Assembly: GCA_030704615.1 (NCBI GenBank)
Contig: JAKLZA010000023.1
Coordinates: 1 to 64,000 of the forward strand
DNA length: 64,000 nucleotides
Direction: 5' to 3'
Source of the DNA: Takakia lepidozioides
Taxonomy: Eukaryota > Plantae > Bryophyta
Numbering within the stretch: the stretch's first letter is position 1; each line of letters opens with the position of its first letter. The position numbers were made by a program, and so were the translations under genes. Below are positions 55,219 through 64,000 of the stretch, piece by piece. Under the pieces are notes generated by a model, which was given only the letters and a program-made list of their open reading frames with translations, was not told the DNA's origin and searched no databases.

Positions 55219-55660
55219 GGGCGGGTGGACACCTTGGCTTGTCATTTGTAGACTAGATCCTGCAGAGTACCCTGTAGAGATGATCCTCCAAAGTGGATCC
55301 TCCATAGTGGATCCACAAAGTGGACCCGGCAGAGTGGAGGTCCAACGGGTGGACCCTCTAGAGTGGACCAGGTGGGCGGAGGCAGCCTGTGACTGCGGAT
55401 GACCCCGTGGGTCCGTAATGGCCGGGCCATAGGCAATAATAATATACAACCAATATATTAGGGTCTTTAAGGGTTGACACCTTGGCTTGTTACTTGTAAA
55501 GTGGACCCTGCAGAGTACCCTCTAAAGATGATTCTGCAGAGTGGACCCTCAAGAGAGGACCCGATGAGTGGGTGCCTCGACTTGTGACCTACAGAATGGA
55601 CCCTCTAGAGTGGACCTATAAAGTGGACCCGATGAGTGACCCTCCATATTGGACTATGTG
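55219..55660. repeat. Tandem duplication (~250-bp unit) built of GTGGACCC/GTGGATCC motifs; first copy split by the piggyBac-like insertion
   Basis: GACACCTTGGCTTGT..CCTGCAGAGTACCCT occurs at about 55228 and 55476. ATATTAGGGTCTTTAA occurs at about 41914 and 55455. Confidence 0.85.
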
Positions 55661-55889
55661 AGTATATTCAATGTCATTTTTAATTAATAAATTTATCAAT
55701 TATCAGGTATCTAGCAGGCAAAAACCTTGTAAAGTCCGTATGTAGAATACACATATATAATTATATAGAATATTTATACAATACTAATATCACAAATAGA
55801 ATACTCATACCAGAGCAAATGAGGAAGATGGTGGGGGAGTATTGCTACCTAGGACATGCTCTGTAGTTAAGAGATTCTTTATATCCCCT

Positions 55890-56480
55890 CAATCTATAAA
55901 AAGTTGAGGCCTTTGTCCCTCTTCTTATATATATATATATATATATTGGTATGGCGGTTGGTATATAAAAGTCAATACCAGCCTTGTCTCGTATCAATAT
56001 ATGAATCGAGAGAGTTGTTTGTTTGTTTGTTTTGTAGCATTGTTGAGATCTCCCAAACTGCGGGGCCCCAACGTTGGTGCTTGGTGCTGTTGGAAAGCCT
56101 TCGATGAGGGGTGCACAGGCTTGGTCTCATGATTTTTGGACCTGCGGTGTGGGAGATGTTGAATTTCAAGTACTTCTGGTCGCTGGAAATTCGCAAAAAA
56201 TAGCAAAGTGGGTTTTTCTTGGAGCAATGATTGGCCCTTCACGTGGCAGATTTGGAATTTCAAGTGTTTTGGTCGCTGGAATTCGCGAAAAATAGCCAAA
56301 GTGGATAGGAGAAGCTTGCCTGCACTTGGTGAGAGCGAGAGTAGTAGACCGTGCGGAGGGCACCCTGGCTTGGGACCCGGCCTTGGGGCACCCCACTGCC
56401 CCGGGGGGGGGGGGGGGGGTCGGCGTTGCCGAGTCCACGGGGCACCCGGCCGCGTAGGGGGTTGGTCATTGCGCGACAGG
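55890..56480 (+). mobile_element. Possible Helitron-like non-autonomous element remnant
   Basis: A|TC starts followed by TA-rich sequence and (GTTT)n, an internal ~95-bp duplication (56161/56255) and a GC-rich stretch. No CTAG 3' end found. Confidence 0.3.
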
Positions 56481-58079
56481 CCAGCGATGCATTTATTTAT
56501 CTCTCGGACTTTGAAGATAAGCTGGAATATGTCGCAAGTTTGGAGGAGACTTTTGAAAGTGCGCACATATATGGTGAGCCTCTTTCACCTCCTCTTTTTG
56601 AGAAAGCATATTTTTAGCTTTCGGATGTTAAAGTTGGATATTGATGGTGGATTGGAGACAACACACGAATCCAAATTTGACGAGCACGAAGAGGCATATG
56701 GATCTTTCCATATTGACAATGATGTGGAACTATGTGCAATCGGTAACGATCCTTCTCTATGTACTTTCGGGAATATGGAGATAGAACGTTCTCCAAAATT
56801 CATTCAATTTGCATTTGGAAGTATGAGCCTCATGATTGAATGTTTAGAGGCAAATGTTTTGCCAACATTTGCATGTATTCGTGAAGTTGATCCCAATTTT
56901 CGACCATCTACTCATAGTCATGGACGTCCTATAGATGCCAATGACCCCATAGCTACCCTTGAAAGATGGAAAAATCTTCAATGCAACTACAAGGTGCATT
57001 ATTTTGAAGGAGGTAAGAGTTTAATTCCGGGAATTGATGCGAAAAATAGGCAAGTCCCTTGCTTGGAAAATTGTTCCGAAGCTCACAATCAAAATGGTGA
57101 CAACCACTTTCCATTGTACCAAGTGTTACACTTGATTGTAAAGAATAATCTAAAATGAGGGCCCCCATAATCAGCTCACTAATTAAGAAAAAAATATAAT
57201 ATTAGTCACACACTCCGAGGACCGATACTAAATCAGCACAACATGGCTCACAATTGAGGTATAAAGGTATCCATGAGATTGCAGGAAAAGCTTGTATCTT
57301 TGGAAGTTGATGTACAGATACTGCAAGAACCGAGAGCCTCTTCTGTGGAGCTTCAGCATGTGTCACAAGAAGGCTGGCAGGCTGAGAACCGAGCCGAAGC
57401 ATAATGCATGTATGTACAGTCCATTGCACGCACAATGCAAAGACAAGTTTCATCAGAGTCTTCCCTTCTAAGAACTTGCAGAAAGAATGCCTGTTTGTTT
57501 CGACGTGTCCTTAGTTGAATATATCAAGCACCTGGCGTTGCAAGGCCTGAGAGGTCCAAAAAATACATGTTACTAAATCTTTTTCAGTCATTCGAGGGGT
57601 TTGTTTTGATCGTGATTGACCAAGACTTAATCCTGCCTACAGGAGCTGAAATTCACCCATCACATTCTCCTCATAGGAAACTTTGAAAACTTTCTGAGCA
57701 CGGGAGAATGTGACACTAATCAGACAATTATACCATTGTGTGGTCTCTCTCCTGCAGTGGCCTCTAAAAAGCATGGGCATGTTTGCATATTGCATGGTGA
57801 ACAACCATAATGTGGATCCAAGCTGGATGATTGCATCCATCAACCTTTCGCACTTCTTACAGTATGTGACCTCATGGAATCCTGGTGGGATCGCCCAAGT
57901 GCATTATTGCATGCTGATGCTGCACAACGCTCAATGCAGCGGCACATAGTGAGGTCCTTTCTCCAATTTCTCCAATGATGTGGAATTGTTGTTCCACCAT
58001 GAATCCTTAATTGAAGTGGGGACAGGGGCTTGTGGCGCAAATCATCAGCAACCAGTATTTACCACATTTTGCTTTGGGT

Positions 58080-61000
58080 CTATACAGAACGCTTGAAACT
58101 GCGACCTTGTGCAGTTTTTTTCTTCTTCTCAACTTCAGGTTTGCTCTATTCAGTGCCTGCATAACACCCAACATTGACTTCATATTGCTTTCCATACAAA
58201 CACAGTCACGATGCCCATTTGAAATCAGCAACACACTCTGCGAGAAGGAAGCTTCATTGTACTGTATTAATGTTTCCACTCGTCTTCGCATTCGAGTGTG
58301 CATGAAAGCCTTAGAGCACTGAAAACACAAGAGGGATGCCAAACAGATGTTAGACACATTTTCTACAGCCATTGAGAAAAACAAGAGGTAGTCAAACTTC
58401 CAACAATCCGTACAGTATTCAGGTCAGACAGGCACAGGATGCATCACTTTTCACGGAAACCACAATTTTGACTGTTTTTTGATCTATACTACCACACATG
58501 TTTCTCCATGCGCTTGATTCTCCAGGACTTCAAACCACTAGTTTAGAATGTGTCACTGAAACTGGCAATATGTGTGACATGCCAGGAGCATAACTTACGA
58601 CCTAATAAGGTAACAAAGAATGGAGGATGGAGGAAGACACTCGCATTGTGACGGACGATATAGAGTCTTCCGATCTCTTCTCGCCTCTGAGAGGCCTGGC
58701 AACAGTGGTGGGGTTAAATGCCCCAACGCATCTCAATTTCATTACCAAGAGCGGGTCAGTGACTTGGTGTACCTTTATATGGTAACTGACATAAGCATAA
58801 AACGTCGAAAGGTTCCAAACTATCTTATCCAGCTTGTCACCCTCAACATGGCGGGGGAAGATTACTACAGGCACCATCACAAAGTACATGATCAACAGAG
58901 CATGTGTTTTATTGCATGAACCAGCAGAGTCAGGCAACGACCACATTTTGCATACATATAATTAAGACTCTCAAGATACAATTGGGCCTAAAGAATGCAT
59001 AGGAGAGACTAACCAGCCAAGATAACATAAATGGCTGTGATATCTGTAACATTGGCAGAATGAGATTGAACTATCATCTCCAGATCAAAAACAACTCGTC
59101 ATTGCCTGAACTTTAAAGTCCCGAGGGAAGTACCAAAAGAAACAAAACCAGAGTTGGCATCCAATGCATGGGCTGGTGCTCCTTTCAGTTCAAGAGGTGG
59201 AATTGGCGACCATAAGCAAGGAGGTGCTGTACTCAGTCCTGCTGACCGCCTAGCCTCCATGAACTCCTGCCTCCCACCACCCACCCTCCTATGCAGTGTG
59301 AACATACTAAACCTCCCACAACACTGTCAACTGTCTCACGCTCCAAGTTGCCACCATGGTGAGATGGCAGCAATAAAAAGGTCTCTAACTTCCACCCTTG
59401 AGCCAAGAATCTACTGGCCACCCAAGATAGGATCATGATGAGATGCATTACGTACGGATGCTCACAAGTAAACACAAGGCCAATGTAGTAGTCATTCTAG
59501 TACACACGACCTGATTGTTAAAGAATGTCCATTGTCCTTGATCTCATCTAACACATAATACCGTGGATTCTGGTCCACCGCGACTTATAGATTGTAGCAT
59601 GTCATAGACCCCAGTGGCAGAAAAATGTGTTCTCCAGAAGCTGACTTTCACCTGCAGAAATGAAGTTGCAAGAATGATATCATTGCTGTCCTTGTATCGC
59701 ATTGGAAACACAACTGTCACTTTTCAGCCTGCCACCAATTTGCATCGTGTCACTTGCAATGCAAAGATAGATTAAGTCTGCCATTCCACAACCTCCAATA
59801 GGTGGAAGGTGGGGTTAAAGCTAAACAGACACCAACTGACAACTGAATAGAGAAAACACTTGTGGACGAGTGAAACCCGTAACTTATTCCAAACCCATGA
59901 ATGAAATGTGAAAGATCCTTTGGCACAGTAAATTGTTACAGGTTGTTTCCACATTCATGAGCTTTGTACCTATTGAAAATTAGTAAACAGGATCATGCAA
60001 AGGACGTGCCAAGGCTTCATACACATCTACATACAAAATGAGCAAGAAGGAAAATGAGGGTAAGAACACCTGTGGAATGAGGAAATAAGATTGTTTTGGA
60101 CGGTGCATAAGGGCAATGAGGCGGTCAGCATCAGGTGCAACATTCCTGGAAGCCAGATGCTTCAATATCTCTCGTAGTGGTGCTCCTAGCACTGTGGTCC
60201 GCAGCGCAGCCACTCTCGTCATCTGCTGCACCTGCTCCACTGCCCAAAACCCCTTGACTGTAAGCTGCGACATCCCCACCTGTCTACTGCATTGGAGAGC
60301 ACCTTAAATCTTTAGTGCACTCTTATTCACTGTCTAGAACAACAAAGAAATTTTGATAAGATGGCCAAGCCAACCTAAATTTTCAAAGATCTCTCAAAAC
60401 AGAATCCCACGATACACAAGTGGGCCATCCTAGTGTACATCTTAGTACCAAGTCACTTTGCAGCTAAACATGAGAAGCATCGCCACCATTTGAGCTACAC
60501 CCCAAATCCCAGATTTACAGACTCTGAGTTTTTGTGCCTTTGCTACTCAGGCCTCTAGACATTTCTTGCTACTTCACATTGCTCCTATTCCTGCATCCTT
60601 GATCCAGCAATATCGGCAAAATAAGTCTGCTCTCTAATAGTCAATTCTTAGTACAAATGCCCTTCTCTTAACAAAGGAATGAGCAGTGTACAGTGGATGG
60701 TGGAAAAGGACAGGCAACAAGAAGCTCCAATTCCAGATGAACACAATTACCCTGCCTGCATACAGTATGCTCAATACACCTAGGCCTGAAGCTCCATCCA
60801 CAGTCTGCTCAACCTTCAGAATCAAGATTCACTTACACAAGAGGTATCCCTATATCTAGTTGGCACAGAGCATTTGAGGCTTGGCCCACATGGACTTCCT
60901 TTGGCTTCTTTTGGCAAGGAAAATGTGTTTCTTTCCTTCCAGAAAAATAAGAAATAAAACCATGAGGTTTAAAATCTTACTTTCAGTCCTAGCACAGAGA

Positions 61001-62193
61001 AACACAGTCGCTACAACTTCTGGCATAGTTCTAATGTATACATGCTCAAGCATGGCCCTAGGAGCGGCCTTAGCAAAGCCAGACACCAACTAGGAAGAAC
61101 GAAGAGCAGAACAATGAGGCCCCACAGATCTCACAATCGTACCCTCACTTGCTGCAATTTTGCTTAGATCCAACTGAATTGTGAGATGGAAGCCAGATTC
61201 CGCAGGTTCCACCACTTGAATAAGTGCTCCATATGCAACTCGAACGGCCTCCATGGCACCAAATGGAAGGCCACCAGACAAAACAGTCTCTGGAGGCGGT
61301 GGTGGCAGAGCTATTGACAGTAGCATGTGTTGTGAATCCTTTACTGAAGCCTGCAGTGCATGGAGGTCACTCAATCAGCCCCCACACATGGTAGCACCAT
61401 TGGAAGCCAGGGTAAAATAAAAACTGATTCCTTCTTTTAGGAACATGTGAAAACATAGAAACAGTCATGAGCATTGTAAACCAAACCTAAGATTTATACA
61501 ACAGCATAGAGAGTAATTGAGTGGCTTCATTGCAACTTTTGATGCCCCACACAAAGTAGACAAATGCCTCATGAGCTTGGCGACTCTTGGAGCACCTGAC
61601 GATTGAAAGAGTTCAACACTCTACCGTTTTGAGGACAGAATAAGGAGCAGGAACACCACCTGGATATGATACCGCACATCATCAAACTCCACTAGATGGA
61701 AGTCCACTTCCGCAGGCTTGTCCAGACTACAACATCGCCAGAGTCATTCTTATGTAAGATTTAGGGATACTGCAAGTTTCCAAAAGATTCTGTGCTTGAC
61801 CTACTCCAATTCCTCCCACCGTACATTCACTACAGAAAAGCTCATAAGATATAATACTGTGAGAAATCACCGATGAGCATATACTGCCACGAGTATGAGA
61901 TTGAGTCATCCAAAAGCCAATATAACCCCAGACCCAGCTGATCCCACAATGGGTTCGAAACAATCACCAACGACTCGATGTTCACACCTGCCCGGCTAAT
62001 TACAGCTGAGAAAACGGTAACATCTGCACTACACTTCACTGCATGCAAACTTCTGGGGTTGGTAGTTAGTGACCTCGAAGACAACCCCATGCTAAACAAA
62101 ATGTGAAAAGCCTAAATCGATGGGTGCATACTTGCGGAGGCGTGTAAGCAGAATTTGCAGCAGCACTCGTGATTGCCCCTCCATGAGTATCAT
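58080..62193 (-). CDS. ARPC2: ARP2/3 complex subunit 2 (p34-Arc), nine exons
   Basis: MILMEGQSRVLLQILLTR (62193-62132); EFDDVRYHIQ (61726-61660); LPPPPPE..GLPFGA (61350-61143); LGAPLREILKHL (60239-60070); VTVVFPMRYKD (59728-59652); EFMEARR; VIFPRHVEG; CSKAFMHTRMRRRVE; ALNRA..GRSFKR* (one indel). Confidence 0.95.
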
Positions 62194-63468
62194 CGCTGCC
62201 TCCTCCTCCCCTTTCTCCCGGATGCTTCGTGCTCAGATCTCACTGCACTAACCTACGTATCAGAAATCCACCCGCCCTGCGAGCTTCAATACACCAGATA
62301 CAAACATGCACACATCCAGATGCTTGAAATCCTAAACCACCTCAGCAACTCCTGGCGGCCTGAAATTCTCAGCACTGCAGACGGATGTAAGCACTGAAGA
62401 CGGATGAAAAGTTCTTCTTCCACACCACAGCCCTCTTCTGGGAATCCTGGAAGTCTTCTGAAGTCTCCAGGACTCTCATATGCTTTCAGATCCAGACCTC
62501 TCTTCCCTACTCTGACAACATGGGAAGCCCTGCTATATACATCATTGCAATCTACAGCGTTAGGTCTTGAAGCAGTGATGATGTCATGCAAGGTACTGTG
62601 GTGGAGACGAGCTGCATGGAGAGGCACATGTTCAGCTCTGTAATTGGTAAGGTGATGAATGAATAAACAGAACTATCTTGTGAAATCAGTGCGAATGGAT
62701 CTCAGAGAACTGCATTTGAAAGAAAGCTGTTTGTACCAGACTCCAACAGCTGTGAATGACTGTCACATGTTTCAATATGATTTTACAAGCACTTGGACTG
62801 TTGGATGTGGGCCAAATCCACAATTCCAACTTAGTCATACAGCAATCTCTCACTAAGCCTATGAAGATAGAACACTGCAATATTCAGGTAGCACATGAAC
62901 CGGGCAGACATTTTATTATCTCAGGAACAAGAGAAACTTGAATTTGTGGTCGTCTGCTAAGGCTAGTGTTCGCAGACACAAAAGATTTTACTTCTACAAG
63001 ATGGACCTGCAGAGGCAGAGGTCATCCTGCTCCTCGTACGCCTGCAAAGAGGCTGAGATGCATAGATTGATATGTATCTCATGCCCAAAGGCATCTCATG
63101 TCAAGATCAGATGTCTTTTTGCAGGCGGAGATCCTCTGGGTCCTGATTTTTGGGCCCATGTTGGACCCAAGAGCCTGAAAATCACGTTGGAACTCGCTAT
63201 TGCGTGGTCACCAGGGCTGACCATTGAATCCTGCAGACCTAGCCAATCTGACTTGCAGTAACTACAAGTACATGCTTGCTGATGGTAGTAAAATGAATAC
63301 ATTTGCAACATCAATTTCTAACTAAATGTTTAGACACCAGCTAGCCATCTGTAGACCACCGGTTGCAGGTAGTGCACAACTATTGAGTGGCTGGCAGTCA
63401 CACTCTCAATTGATATACAGAGTAGCAAAATGTTTGGATCTTGAAGCTGTCCAAAGTCAACCACCAAG

Positions 63469-63955
63469 TCAAGACTGTTGGGAACTTTCGCCCGTATTCT
63501 CCTCATACACCTCGACAACATCGTCATCTTCCATGTCCAAGTCCTTGGGTGTGGCATTAGGAGCAATCCGGTCCCCATCAAACCGAAAAACATAATTTGC
63601 ACTTGAACCCCCAACCTCTTTTGCATATACCGTGGAAAGCTTCTCAAACGGGTCACTCTGTCCAATAACACCCGCGACCATAATATCACACAGCAGTGTT
63701 CAGTGTATTCAGGCAGACATATTCTCATTTTGAGACACTAGCCAAGTCTACAAAGATATACGAACAAATAATACACCTTTTTTCATTCTTGTGTGAGTGG
63801 AAAGTAACCATGCTTATGAGACTAAATGTGTGTGGAAGCTCTTGAATCAAAGCTCAGAGTTAGCTCAAAGACAAGAATTTTGTCACCTTCATACAAATTA
63901 AGTTGATTTTAATTGACTGATCTGCGCTGCTGGACTCCTCTCTTTCAGGATCCAT
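63469..63955 (-). CDS. SUMO-like domain protein (SUMO-v/Rad60-Esc2-NIP45 type) without C-terminal di-Gly; 5' structure uncertain
   Basis: Last exon from 63657: SDPFEKLSTVYAKEVGGSSANYVFRFDGDRIAPNATPKDLDMEDDDVVEVYEENTGESSQQS*. Upstream piece MDPEREESSSADQSIKINLICMK|GT. Confidence 0.75.
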
Positions 63956-64000
63956 CCAACACAATGGTTATGAAGGAAAACCCTTAAAGCTATGCACAGT

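Noticed and set aside
56403-56419. Poly-G run as a functional G-quadruplex
   Set aside because: It is a simple homopolymer of unreliable length inside a repeat.
46973-63955. Functional linkage between the MULE Ulp1 protease and the nearby SUMO-like gene
   Set aside because: The protease arrived by nested transposon insertion, and the SUMO-like gene lies about 9 kb outside the element. Proximity is most simply chance.

Overview
Nuclear DNA from a land plant, most likely a seed-free or bryophyte-type genome (inferred from gene content and transposon families). The assembly carries many single-base indels that frameshift otherwise conserved genes. Host genes are a SAUR-like gene, an intronless GPAT4/6/8-type acyltransferase, a 10-exon plastid-type CK2 alpha, a small plastid membrane-protein gene divergent from PHT2;1, a long IQ-repeat protein, ARPC2 and a SUMO-like (SUMO-v/Esc2-type) gene. 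There are two nested transposon stacks. (1) At 1-13 kb: a decayed MULE and two tail-to-tail Copia remnants. The first Copia is interrupted by two GGG..CCC elements with 4-bp TSDs (Sola2-like), and one of these holds a hAT MITE. (2) At 41.9-55.2 kb: a TTAA-specific CCC..GGG (piggyBac-like) element whose empty site is visible in the neighbouring repeat copy. Inside it sits a structurally complete 12.3-kb Mutator-like element (about 300-bp TIRs, 9-bp TSD). This MULE encodes a DDE/SWIM transposase and a convergent Zn-finger/Ulp1-protease gene, and is saturated with one short CAGTC(C/T)G motif. It is the best candidate here for an undescribed transposon anti-silencing system. All homology calls come from motif recognition and memory; no searches were run.
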